A stretch of 64,000 nt of DNA, taken from contig NC_057718.1 of the NCBI RefSeq assembly GCF_004010195.1, positions 57,303,023 to 57,367,022 on the forward strand, given 5' to 3'. Positions within the stretch are counted from its first letter, which is position 1. Every line of letters begins with the position of its first letter. Positions 51,995 through 64,000 of this stretch are shown piece after piece. The position numbers and the translations under genes are program-made. The notes under the pieces are model-generated. The model saw nothing but the letters and a program-made list of their open reading frames with translations. It had not been told where the DNA came from and did not search any database. Origin of the DNA: Chiloscyllium plagiosum. Taxonomy: Eukaryota.

Positions 51995-52065
51995 CTTATA
52001 AGAGTGGTGATAAGATCTGTTTTTATACTTGATTCTATTGAATCAAAGGCTACTGTACAAAGAAC
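51995..52065 (-). CDS. PNPT1: PNPT1 exon 14 equivalent
   Basis: 71 nt, VLCTVAFDSIESSIKTDLITTLI(S), AG/GT. Confidence 0.94.
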
Positions 52066-52974
52066 CTAGAAAGAAAAGGTAAGTCATCAAGATTATGTTT
52101 GCAGTTCCTCAAATAAGAACTTGGAAGAAAAAAAATTCAGTTTCTTCTTTTCTCCCATCTCATGTTCTTCATTCCTATCCTGAAGTTCTCATTGGGATAC
52201 AGGGTTCAAGACGTGCTTTTGTTCTCTGCTAACTCACCAAAGGTAGCTTCATGTGAAAGCTTTGGCAGTTTAGTCCAGCGTTTTTATCTGAGAATGAGTC
52301 AAAGTCAATCCTGATACAATTATTTCCCCCCATGCATATCTGACTATGCATATGAACAGCAGGAATGGTTGAATAGCCATTAAAAGTATTATCTCAGGCT
52401 GACTATTCACCCAACATTTGGAGTTAATTTCAATAGGACTAATTCTCCAGTGGCCTCGTTGTTATCAGAACAAGTTGTGGAATTAACCGAGATGCCTGAT
52501 AGTCTTTGTGGTTTAACCAATCTAGATGAGCTCACTGACCCATCATAGTTCAAAGATGTCATGAATAAAAAGTCAATTTTCTACTTAAAATTAGATTGCT
52601 TGCACTAATTAGCCATGATATTGATTTGGGTAAATTATTAAGGCAACAAACCATTGGCAAAATGTTAATAAGTCTATTTTGTAACATTGCAGTTTGAACA
52701 GTAAGTATGATCTAATTCTATATATGGTTTACGCTCAATAATTCATAACTTTGACATCAAAAAATGCAACTTGTACGCAAATTCAAAAGGAACACATAAT
52801 GTAGCAATGTAGAAATATAGTGTTCAAAAAAATTCAAATTTCGGGTCACATCATGTAAAGTATTCTGAGGAAGAGTAGACCACATTAAAGCAAATCTTGA
52901 ATAGTTGGCATGCACATATTATTGAATCTGAAATTTTATCCTTGAGAAAATTCAAGTTAATTTAAATTTGTTAC

Positions 52975-53077
52975 CTGTGTCTGTCCCCTTTGAAATAGTG
53001 CAGAACCATGAAGAGGTTTATACATGTCGACTTCACAATTAATGTTTCTAAGAGATCTCAAATCTCTACCATCACAT
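52975..53077 (-). CDS. PNPT1: PNPT1 exon 13 equivalent (start of second RNase PH domain)
   Basis: 103 nt, (R)[38 protein letters not shown]. Confidence 0.97.
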
Positions 53078-54944
53078 CTGTAATGTAAGATGCTAAACTT
53101 TTAGAGATTTAAACAATATTTCAAGATCAAAACAAATTTATTTTCTAAGGCCATTATAAATCAGTTATTTATATATTTGTCATTATACTCAATAACATAC
53201 AATTATTACAATATTTGAAGAACCGAGTAGAGAAAATTCCCAGCTCCACAAACTCAGCGTGTAAGAAAGTGCCCTGGGCAGTCAGAGGTTTGTCCCTGAA
53301 GTGAGGTGGTTGGAGGCTGGGGCTTGTTATTACTAGGAGGTGTGTCCAGTGCTCCTAAAACTAACTGCAAAAGAGACAGTCACTGCGAGGCACAGTGACT
53401 GTGCACCATGCGAGGAATGTAGGAAAGACTCATCTCAGTGCTCTAGCCCTTATCACTCACATCCCTCACCCACACACTATCTGTGCACCATCTGTGGCCA
53501 ACCATGCTGTCTGTTAACCACAACCTAGTCCCATGGCTTCACATATCCTCCATTCCAATCAATTCCCCACCATCTCCCTTTGCCTTCACATCCCCCCCCC
53601 ATGCCATCTCAACCTGTATCCACCACGGGCAGATCTCAAGGTTTGTATTAAAATGTAATAAGAAGGTTCGAGCATCTAATTAATAGTTCACTATGTTAAA
53701 ACAAAAACACACATTAATAATACCAACTCATGATATTTAACTTGCTTCATCTATAGAAACAAGCAGCTGTATTCATAGCCATGTGTTATTAAGTATCTGG
53801 AGCTGTCAATCAAACTATGAATGGGTGGGAGTGAGTTGGGGGCGGGGGGGCACAGAAAGAGATGTTCAACTCCCACCTGCTGCAGGAAATTTATATAACA
53901 ATACCTCTGAACAGATTAATTATAAGATACTGACTTACCTTACTAAACATGTCTGCAACCTTCACATCTTCTCCTTATTAGGTCTAAAGTACACAATTTA
54001 GGTTTTGAGCATCCCACTGGCAGAAATTTAGATCTGACTGAAGGCATTCAATATGGGAAGCTATCTACCTCCAAATTACAACCTACCCCTAACAAAAAGC
54101 AATGGGTGTTGTTTTCAGAGATGGGACATTTGGATTCATGTACTAAGTGCTATTTTGGCTAAGCCAGGGACCCTCTTCACTCTTAGAAAAATTTAGGTCT
54201 TAGGTTCAGAGAATTACTTTGACGTCTGACATGATAAAAAACACACTTTTTCGATAAATTTAAAACTTTATGCCAATAACCCAAATGGTTAACCAACCTT
54301 TTCAATGAAAGCAATTTTAAGAAACTGGGTGTGGCATTTAAACTATGGAATGTGGGACAAAATTCGGTTCAGGTAAAACCATTATGTACGGTCTTGTGTT
54401 ACAAATTCTTTCTTCCAAATACATTTTTGTTCCGAGCCCTACCTTTATCAGGATCAGACAGACTGAGTAATATCAAAAACAGGATCTCACATTGTGGTGA
54501 GAAGCCACAAGCTTTGAGTGTTAACTTACTCAAAACCAACTAAGTTAACAGATTTTAAATCTAACTTTCAGTAAATCTAACAGCATTTTCAATGAATGAG
54601 TCCAGAATCACAAAAATATATTTAGCATTAATCAAACAAACCACAAGAGAAAAATGGGCTATGTACTATTTCACCAGATTAACACAATTTTCATTATAAG
54701 TGACATGTGTAATAAACTTCATAATGGGGTCAGTAGAACTCAATGGTACCACGTTAATATTGAAGTAGATTTATAAAATATCTTGCATTGCTAGTATCAC
54801 ACAAACTGTAAAATCATTTTCAAGTCATTGCAATACCTATAAACTGAAATATGTCATACCTTAACTAGTGCAGATACTTTGGTTCCTTTAAAGGGAACAT
54901 TCTGCAAGTTTAAGTTTCAGGAAGCTCCAAATTTATGCTACAGT

Positions 54945-56966
54945 TGGCTTCGTGAGTGGAGATCATGCCTCACAAATTTGTTAAGAGTTCTTTGAGGGAG
55001 TGAGCAGGAAGGTTGATGAGGGCAGGGTAGTAGACTTAGTCAGTGTGGATTTCAATAAGGCCAGTAATTTCCACATGGTAGGCTGCCTAGAAGGTTAGAT
55101 CACATGGAATCCAGGGCAAGCTGACAAATTAATTAGAAAATTGGCTTGATGGTAGGAAGCAGAATACTTGTCAAACTGGAGGCCTGTGACTGGTCGAATG
55201 CCTCAGGGATCAGTGCTGGGCCCATTACTCTTTGTTATCTTTATCAGGGATTTGGATGAGAATGTACAAGGCATGATTAATAAGTTTGCTGATGACACTA
55301 AAATAGGAGGTAGGTTATCAGAAATTGCACAGGATTTTGATTAGCTGGGAAAGTGAACTGAAAAATAGCAAATGAAGTTTAATAAGTGTGAGGTCTTGCA
55401 CTTTGGAAAGTCAAATCAAGGTCAGAGTTTCATGGCAAATGGTAGGGCCTTAAGGAGTGTAGTGGAACACAGGAATTTTGGAATTCTGGTTCACAGTTCT
55501 CTAAACGTGGAGTCACAGATAGATAGGGCAGAGATAGTGGCTTTTGGCACACTGGCTTTCATCAGTCAGGGCAATGATTCTGGAAGGTGGGAAGTTATAG
55601 AACATAGAAAAGTGCAGCACAGAACAGGCCCTTTGGCCCACGATGTTGTGCCGAGATTTAATCCTAATGTAAAATATAGTAACTTAACCGACACACCCCT
55701 CAACTCACTGCTATCCATGTGCATGTCCAGCAGTTGCTTAAATGTCCCCAATGACTTTGCTTTCACCACCGCAGCTGGCAACACGTTCCATGCATTCACA
55801 ACTCTCTACGTAAAAAACCTACCTCTGATGTCTCCTTTATACCTTCCTCCTAATATCTTCAAACTATGACTTCTCGTACCAGTCAATCCTGCCCTGGGGA
55901 AAACGTCTCTGGCTATTGACTCTATCTATTCCTCTCATTATTTTGTACATCTCGATCAGGTCTTCTCTCTTCCTCCTTCTCTCCAGAGAGAGAAGTCTGA
56001 GCTTATTCAACCTTTCCTCATAAAGCAAGCCCTCCAGTCCAGGCAGTATCCTGGTAAACCTTCTTTACACCCTCTCCAAAGCCTCTGTATCTTTCCTATA
56101 ATAGGGCGACCAGAACCGGATACAATATTCCAAGTGTGGTCTCACCAGGGACTTGTAGAGCTGCAGCAAAACCTCGCAGCTCTTAAACTCGATCATCCAG
56201 TTAATGAAAGCCAAAGCACCATATGCTTTTTTAACAACCCTATCTACTTTGGTGGCAACTTTGAGGGATCTATGTACTTGCACACCCAGATCCCTCTGTT
56301 CCTCCACACTGCCAAGAATCCCGTCTTTAATCCTATATTTAGCATTTGAGTTCGACCTTCCAAAATGCATCACTTCGCATTTATCCAGGTTGAACTCCAT
56401 CTGCCATTTCTCAGCCCAGCTCTGCATCCTGTCTATGTCCATATCTTGCAGTTGCATAGAATGTTAATGAAGCTGCACTTGGAGTATTGTGTTCAGTTTT
56501 GTTCACCTTACTAAAAGGAGGATGTTATTAAACTAGAAAGACTGCAGAAGAAACTTACAATGATTCAATGGTCTGAGTTATAGGGAGAGGTTGGACAAGC
56601 TTGGACGTTTTTCTTCAGAGCGTACGTGGCTGAGGGGGGGACCTTATAGAAGTGCATACGATCATGACAGGCATGGACAGGTCTTTTTCCCCAAGGTTGG
56701 GAATTTGAGGACTAAAGAGCATCAGTTTAAGGTTAATGGGGAAAGAATAAAAGGGAACTGGACAGGCATCTTCTTTACATACAGGGTGGCATGCTTATGG
56801 AATGAACTGCCAGTGGAAGGTGGTTGAGGTGCATACATTAATAACATTTTAAAGGCATTTGGATAAATACATGGATAGGAAAGGATGAGAAAGAAATGGG
56901 CCAAGTTCAGGGAAATGAGGTTAGCATGGACCAGTTTGGGTCTGTGCTATAGGACTCTATAACTCT
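54945..56966 (+). mobile_element. CR1 RT/3' fragment interrupted at about 55597 by an opposite-strand CR1
   Basis: [35 protein letters not shown]; resumes at 56441 with EYCVQF and runs to the tail. Confidence 0.85.
55598..56440 (-). mobile_element. Nested CR1 3' fragment
   Basis: WAEKWQMEFNLDKCEVMHFG...PHLEYCIRFWSPYYRKD; atagaacatagaa tail. Confidence 0.9.
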
Positions 56967-57129
56967 ACAATCTGGGCAAGTGAACCATCCTTTTGTTTAA
57001 ATAACCTTTGAGAAAAAAAAACTAATGCAGGAATACAACATTATAACTTCCGTAAGAAACTGTCCTTTTGAACATTTTAAGGTTCAGTAAAAAGCCAACA
57101 ATCGAAACCAAAATGAAGAAATTTCTTAC

Positions 57130-57226
57130 CTTACATATTCATTCATAATAATATTTCTAAAAACATCTTTAGAAACTACATTAAATGCTTCCATTATTTC
57201 AAATGGCTCTGCCTCAGAAAATTTAT
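57130..57226 (-). CDS. PNPT1: PNPT1 exon 12 equivalent; earlier exons lie beyond the right edge
   Basis: 97 nt, (D)[31 protein letters not shown](R), tag|...|gtaaga. Confidence 0.94.
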
Positions 57227-57624
57227 CTAGAAGTGAAAATTAAACAAAGTATTATTTTTTCAAATAAAAGGGTCACATTATACATCAATTTAAGATGGAC
57301 ACTATTTAAGAAAGGCTAAAGAGGAAAATCAGAATTACAGACCAATTAGCTTAACATCTGTGGTGGGGAAACTGCTAGAGTCTATAGTCCAAGATGGGGT
57401 AACTGAACACCATGAAAAATTTCAGGTTATCAGGGAGAGCAAGCATGGAATCATGACTAGTAGGGTCATGCCTGAAAAACCTCATTGAATCTTTTGGAGG
57501 TGACTAAGATAGTGGACAGGAAAATATCTATGGATGTTGTTTATATGCACTTCCAAAAGGCATTTGATACAAGTTCCACACATGAGACTGTGAACTAAGG
57601 TAGAGTCAAAGAGTGCGATGCTGA

Positions 57625-57925
57625 ACCCAAGGGGGCTGAAATAAATGGGAGGGACGTGGGGGGGGGTGAGGAAGGAGGTAAGTGGGAATGCGATAGGTAG
57701 ATGAAGGTGGTGTGGGTTGATGGTGATAGATCAGAGCAGAGGGTGGAGCGGATAGGTGGGAAGGAAGATGGACAGGTAGGACAGTTCAAGAGGGTGGTGC
57801 TGAGTTGGAGGGTTGTATCTGGGATAAGGTGGAAGTGGGGAAATGGAGAAACTGGTGAAATCAACATTGATCCCATGTGGTTTGAGGGTCCCAAGGCAGA
57901 ATATGAGGGCATTCTTCCTCCAGGT
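57625..57925 (-). mobile_element. Neptune-type PLE 3' fragment
   Basis: Homologous to 23170-23460 (purine-rich on plus strand; end of GIY-YIG ORF). Confidence 0.75.
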
Positions 57926-58027
57926 TAACTAAAAGGTAGAAGCCCACAGAATTGAGGGCAAGTTACAGACATGGCTGGGAAATTGGTTGAGTGGCAGGTG
58001 ATATAAAGGAGGGATCAGGGGTAGGTA

Positions 58028-58262
58028 GTGAGGATTGGAGTGGTGCTGGGAAAGCACAGCAGGTCAGGCAGCATCAGAGGAGCAGGAAAACTGGTGTTTC
58101 AGGCAAAAGCCCTGCAGCAGGAATGAGGTAATTCCCGATGAAGGGCTTTTGCACGAAACATTGATTTTCCTGCTCCTCGAATGCTGCCTGACCTGCTATG
58201 CTTTTCCAGCACCACTCTAATCTAGACTCTAATTTCCAGCAACTGCAGTATTCACTTTCGCC
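58028..58262. mobile_element. Fold-back PLE mini-element, both hammerheads decayed
   Basis: Inverted arms 58037-58125 and 58130-58218; TSD aggggtaggta at 58017-58027 and 58266-58276. Confidence 0.85.
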
Positions 58263-60114
58263 ATAAGGGGTAGGTACTCAATTTGGCAGGATGTGACCAG
58301 TGATGCCCCACAAGATCAGTGTTAAGACCTCAATTTCACATTATTTATTAAAGATTTGGATAAATGTGTCCGGTGTCCAAATTTGCTGATGACACAAAGT
58401 TAGGCAGCATTGTCAACAGTGTAGCAGATAGCATAAAATTACAAAGGCTTATTGATAGACGAAGGAATGGGCAGAACTATGGCAGCTGGAGTTCAATGTT
58501 AGCCAGAGTGAGGTAATCCATTTTGAACTGTAAAAAGATTGATCAGGGTACTTTCTAGATGGCATGAAGTTAAATACAGTGAATATCCAAAGAATCTTGG
58601 GGGTTCATGTGCATAGATCTTTAAAATGTCACAAACAGGTATAGAAAATAATCAAGAGAATGCTGACCATTACTTCTTGAGGACTGGATACAAAGATGCA
58701 AAAATTATGCTGCAGCAATATAAAATCTTGGTTAGACTCTACAGATCTGGGAACCGCACATTAAGTATACAGGCTTTGGACAAGTACAACATAGGTTTAC
58801 AAGAATGATACCTGAAGTTCAGTGGTTAAGAGGAGAGATAACACAAATTAGGCCTGTTTTCTGTTGAATTTAGAAAGTCAAGCGGTGATCTGATTGAAGT
58901 CTTCAATATATTAACAGGAAAAGACAGTAGATAAATATATACTATTTCCACTAGTTGGGGATTCTAGAACAGGGGGTCACAGTCTGAGAATTGGAGCCAA
59001 ACCATTCAGGCGAGATGTAAGGAAGCACTTCTACATACAAAGCATAGTAAATATTTGGAATGCTCTTCCACAAATGGAAATGGACACTTGGATCAGTTGT
59101 TAATTTTAAATATAAGATACTAATTTCCTTTTTAAAGGAATATTAATGCAACATTCCATCGGGTTAACATAACAAAGCAAGGCCATCCAAGGTCTCATAT
59201 TATGGTGGATCCCATGCCACAGATGTGTGTCAGCCAAGGGAAATTGCAGGTGATCCTCCTTCCGGATGTTAATCTCTTGATTAGGCACTGAGGGCTTTTG
59301 ATTGAGGATTCCTCCTTATCCACCCCCCCCTCCTGGGCATGGTAAACTATCTTTGGATTAATATCCTGTGGTACAATAAAGCCGTTAAGTGACTATTAGT
59401 TGCCTACTTAAGGGCTTTAATTACAAGTGGGGTAAGAAGGACATCCACAAGCAATCTGTCTTGGATTTATTCAGGGTGGAGGCTGCTAGGAAGCAACAAT
59501 GGGGTCCCTACTGCCACAAAGTACATCACAGTGCAGAGCAATAAATTCTGCCATGCCAAGCTACTTCACTTTGTAGAACCAATAGACATGTATTGTATTT
59601 CAAAGGAATTAAATTTAAAACTAATCCAAAGAAATGATTTTCCAGTAAGCAAATAATTATGGAACAGACACATTCAAATGCCAATCAGTTAGGTTTTTCA
59701 GAAAACCACATTTTGGATCTATCAACAATCCAACACATTACAGATGGCAAGCATAGCAAATGCTTAAGGAACAGATGACTCTGGACCCATAATTCCCAAA
59801 GCCGTTTACCACGAGGTTTACCTCAAATGTGTTTTTGGGATCTGGACATCAATGGCAAGCCATCATTTATTGCATATACCTAACTTCCCTCAAGTAGTGT
59901 TGGTGATCCAACTACAATTGAATGGCCAGCTAGGCTATTACAGAGGGCAGTTAAGAGTCAACCACATTGATCAGGTGTCATACGTATGGCAAGGATGGCA
60001 AACACACTCTCGAACAGATAGTTGTGAACCAGATAGAGTTTTATGACAATCTGGGAGGTTCAAACTCATTATTCATGCAACTTACCATATATTTGGAAAT
60101 CTATGGATACAATT

Positions 60115-63100
60115 GAATCGTTGTTTTAAGTGTGTGCAGCAGAAAGGCTGCAGTAGTGAGTAGAGTGGGTTCTTTCTTGATATGTTTTTGAAGATAGGTC
60201 TCTTAATTAAACTTAAAATATAAGCCAAAACTATTACTTTAACCTGGGGTAGTGTTTTGTAGAGGAATAAAACAGTTATTTTCTGGGTCTGTAGATTGTG
60301 AAGGAGCAAAAATGGCCTTTAGTACAGTGATATGTACTTCTGGTCAGATGTGGGAGTTTAAAGAGCGTTTAAGGTTCACTGCGGATTATATCTGCCATAA
60401 ATGGTGTTGGATGTGAATCTTATCAGATCGAATGGATCGGTTGGAGAAACAGTTAGAAGCCATGAGGGATTTACAACAGCAACAGTATGTGATGGATGGC
60501 AGTTATAGGAAGGGGTGGGGGTGGGGGGGGGGGGGGGGGGGGGGGGGGAGAGAGTCTCAGATTAAGTCACATAGATGGGTTAACTCCAGGAAAGATAAGA
60601 GAGGTAGACACCTAGTACAGGAGTCTTTTATGGATATACCCATTTCAAACAGATATGCTGTTTTGGAAAATGTAGGGGGTCTTGGATTCTCAGGGGAACG
60701 TAGCACAAACAGCCAAGATTCTGGTATGGAGACTGACTCTAATGCAACGAGGGGTACGTCGGGTTCCAAGAGATCAATTGTATTAGGGGATTCTGTAGTC
60801 CAAGGTACAGACAGATGTTTCTGTGGCCAGCAGCGAAAAAGCAGAATGGTGTGTTGTTTCCCTGGTGCTAGGATCAAGGATGTCTCAGAGAGGGTGCAGA
60901 ATGTTCTCACGGGGGAGAGGGGCCAGCACGAGGTCAATGTCCACATTGGAACCAACGACATATGAAGGGAAAAGGTTGAGATTCTGAAGGGAGATTAGAG
61001 GGAGTTAGGCAGAAATTTTATAAAGAGGTCCTCGAGAGTAGTAATATCTGGATTACTCCCAGTGCTATGAGCTGGTGAGGGCAGGAATAGGAGGATAGAG
61101 CAGATGAATGCATGGCTGAGGAGCTGGTATAGGAGAGAAGGATTCACATTTTTGGATCATTGGAATCTCTTTTGGGGTATAAGTGACCTGTACAAGAGGG
61201 ATAGATTGCACCTAAATTGGAAGGGGACTAATATACTGGCAGGGAAATTTGCTAGAGCTGCTCGGGAGGATTTAAACTGGTAAGGTTGGGGGGGGGGTGT
61301 GGTGTAACCGAGAGAGATAGTGAGGAAAGATCAGTCTGAGACTGGTACAGTTGAGAACAGAAGCGACTCAAAACAGTCAGGGCAAGGAAGGACAAGGTAG
61401 GACTAATAAATTAAACTGCATTTATTTCAATGCAAGGGGCCTAACAGGGAAGGCAGATGAACTCAGGGCATAATTAGGAACATGGGACTGGGATATCAGA
61501 GCAATGACAGAAACATGGCTCAGGGATGGGCAGGACTGGCAGCTTAATGTTCCAGGATACAAATGCTACAGGAAGGATAGAAAGGTAGGCAAAAGAGGAG
61601 GGCGAGTTGCATTTTTGCTAAGAGATAGCATTACAGCTGTGCTGACGGAGGATATTCCTGGAAATACATCCAGGCAAGTTATTTAGGTGGAACTGAGAAA
61701 TAAGAAAGGGATGATCACCTTATTTGGATTGTATTATAGACCCCCTAATAGTCAGAGGGAAATTGAGAAACAAACTTGTAAGGAGATCTCAGCTATCTGC
61801 AAGAATAATAGGGTGGTTATGGCAGGGGATTTTAACTTTCCAAACATCGACTAGAATTGCCATAGTGTTAAAGGTTTAGATGGAGAGGAATTTGTTAAGT
61901 GTGTACAAGACAATTTTCTGATTCAGCATGTGGATGTACCTACTAGAGAAGGTGCAAAACTTGACCTACTCTTGGGAAATAAGGCAGGGCAGGTGACTGA
62001 GGTGTCAGTGGGGGTGCACTTTGAGGCCAGCGACCATAATAAAAGAAATGGATAGACCAGATCTAAAAGCTGAAGTTCTAAATTGGAGAAAGGCCAATTT
62101 TGACAGGATTAGGCAAGAACTTTCGAAAGCTGATTGGGGGCAGATGTTCACAGGACGGCTGGAAAATGGGAAGCCTTCAGAGTCCAGAGAAAGTATATTC
62201 CTGTCAGGATGAAAGGAAAGGCTGGTAGGTATAGGGAATGCTGGATGACTAAAGAAATTGAGTGTTTGGTTAAGAAAAAGAAGGAAGCATATGCAAGGTA
62301 GAGACAGGATAGATCGAATGAATCCTTAGAAGAGTATAAAGGAAGTAGGAGTATACTTAAGAGGGAAATCAGGAGGGCAAAAAGGGGACATGAGGTAGCT
62401 TTGGCAAATAGAATTTAAGGAGAATCCAAAGAGATTTTACAAATACATTAAGGACAAAAGGGTAACTAGGGAGAGAATAGGGCCCCTCAAAGATCAGCAA
62501 GGCCGCCTTTGTGTGGAGCTGCAGAAAATGGGGGAAGATACTAAATGAGTATTTTGCATCAGTATTTACTGTGGAAAAGGATATGGAAGATATAGACTGT
62601 AGGAAAATAGATGGTGACATCTTGAAAATGTCTAGATTACAGAGGAGGAAGTGCTGGATGTCTTGAAACTGGTAAAGGTGGATAAATTCCAGGACCTGAT
62701 CAGGTGTGCCCGAGAACTCTGTGGGAAGCTAGAGAAGTGATTGCTGGGCCTCTTGCTGAGATATTTGCATCATCGATCGCCACAGATGAAGTGGCAGAAG
62801 ACTGGAGGTTGGAAAAAATGGTGCCACTGTTTAAGAAGGGTGGTAAGGACAAGCCAGGGTTGTATAGACCAGTGAGCCTGACATCTGTGGTGGCAAGTTG
62901 GTGGAGGGAATCCTGAGGGACAGGATGTACATGTATTTGGAAAGGCAAGGACTGATTAGGGATAGTCAACATGGCTTTGTGCATGGGAAATCATGTCTCA
63001 CAAAATTGATTGAGTTTTATCAAAAAGTAACAAAGAGGATTGATGAGGGCAGAGGGATAGAGGTGATCTATATGGACTTCAGTAAGGCGTTCAACAAGGT

Positions 63101-64000
63101 TCCCTATGGGAGACTGATTAGCAAGGTTAGATCTCATGGAATACAGGGAGAACTAGCCATGTGGATACAGAACTGACTGAAAGATAGAAGACAGAGGGTG
63201 GTGGCGGAGGGTTGTTTTTCAGATTGGAGGCCTGTGACCAGTAGAGTGCCAGGAGGATCGGTGCTAAGTTCTCTACTTTTTGTCATTTACATAAATGATT
63301 TGAATGCAAGCATAAGAGGTACAGTTAGTAAGTTTGCAGATGACACCAAAAAAATTGGAGGTGTAGTGGACAGCGAAGAGGATTACCTCGATTACAACAG
63401 GATCTTAACCAGATGGGCCAATGAGCTGAGAAGTGGCAGATGGAATTTAATTCAGATAAATGCAAGGTGCTTCATTTTGGGAAAGCAAATCTTAGCAGGA
63501 CTTATACACTTAATGGTAAGGTTCTAGGGAGTTTGCTGAACAAAGAGACCTTGGAGTGCAGATTCATAGCTTCTTGAAAGTGGAGTCGCAGGTAGATAGG
63601 ATAATGAAGACGGCGTTTGGTATGCTTTCTTTTATTGGTCAGAGTATTGAGTACAGGGGTTGGGAGGTCATGTTGCGGCTGTACAGGACATTGCTTAGGC
63701 CACTGTTGGAATATTGCGTGCAATTCTGGTCTTCTTCCTATTGGAAAGATGTTGTCAAACTTGAAACAGTTCAGAAAAGATGTACAAGGATGTTGCCAGG
63801 GTTGGAGGATCTGAGCTTTGGGAGAGGCTGAACAGGTTGGTGCTGTTTTCCCTGGAGCGTCGGAGGTTGAGGGGTGACCTTATAGAGGTTTACAAAATTG
63901 AGGGGCATGGATAGGGTAAATTGGCAAAGTCTTTTCCCTGGGGTCGGGGAGTCCAGAACTAGAGGTTTAGGGTCAGAGAGGAAAGATATAAAAGAGACCT
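60115..64000 (+). mobile_element. Near full-length CR1 LINE, same subfamily as 32664-36612, inactivated; runs off the window
   Basis: ORF1 IVLGDSVVQGTDRCFCG...HIGTNDI; ORF2 TETWL, DFSKAFNKVPY, FADDTK; many stops. Confidence 0.95.

Larger units (their letters stand above)
57300..59140 (+). mobile_element. Old CR1 RT region interrupted by two PLE pieces
   Basis: NYRPISLTSVVGKLLES; FQKAFD; KFADDTKLG; SRTGGHSLRI. Confidence 0.85.

Noticed and set aside
60081..60120. Donor-like ATG|gtaagt as a possible PNPT1 exon 11
   Set aside because: Upstream sequence does not translate to the expected SRDEAVNKIRL-like peptide

Overview
Vertebrate genomic DNA, most likely a shark or other elasmobranch (inferred from HE1/V-SINE-type SINEs and the CR1 subfamilies), with two assembly gaps. 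Two spliced genes lie in tandem on the minus strand: the 3' part of PNPT1 (17 coding exons, equivalent to human exons 12-28, 57226 down to the stop at 20141) and the 5' end of PPP4R3B/SMEK2 (CpG-rich promoter near 9.4-10.1 kb and coding exons 1-3). All 20 coding exons have canonical GT/AG splice sites and a continuous reading frame. The rest is mostly retroelement DNA: CR1 LINEs (two near full length), a fragmented L1/Tx1-like LINE, tRNA-derived SINEs and many Penelope-like element (PLE) pieces. The most notable signal, invisible in the ORF track, is a set of about 20 minimal type I hammerhead ribozyme motifs (CUGAnGA-N-stem II-GAAA-palindrome-UH) in three sequence families, all in PLE terminal repeats. 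Many sit in 150-300 bp fold-back mini-elements flanked by 10-15 bp target-site duplications. About six copies keep an intact catalytic core. Most dead copies lost G12 or the stem III palindrome at CpG sites. Gene and family assignments come from recognised protein and RNA motifs; no database search was run.
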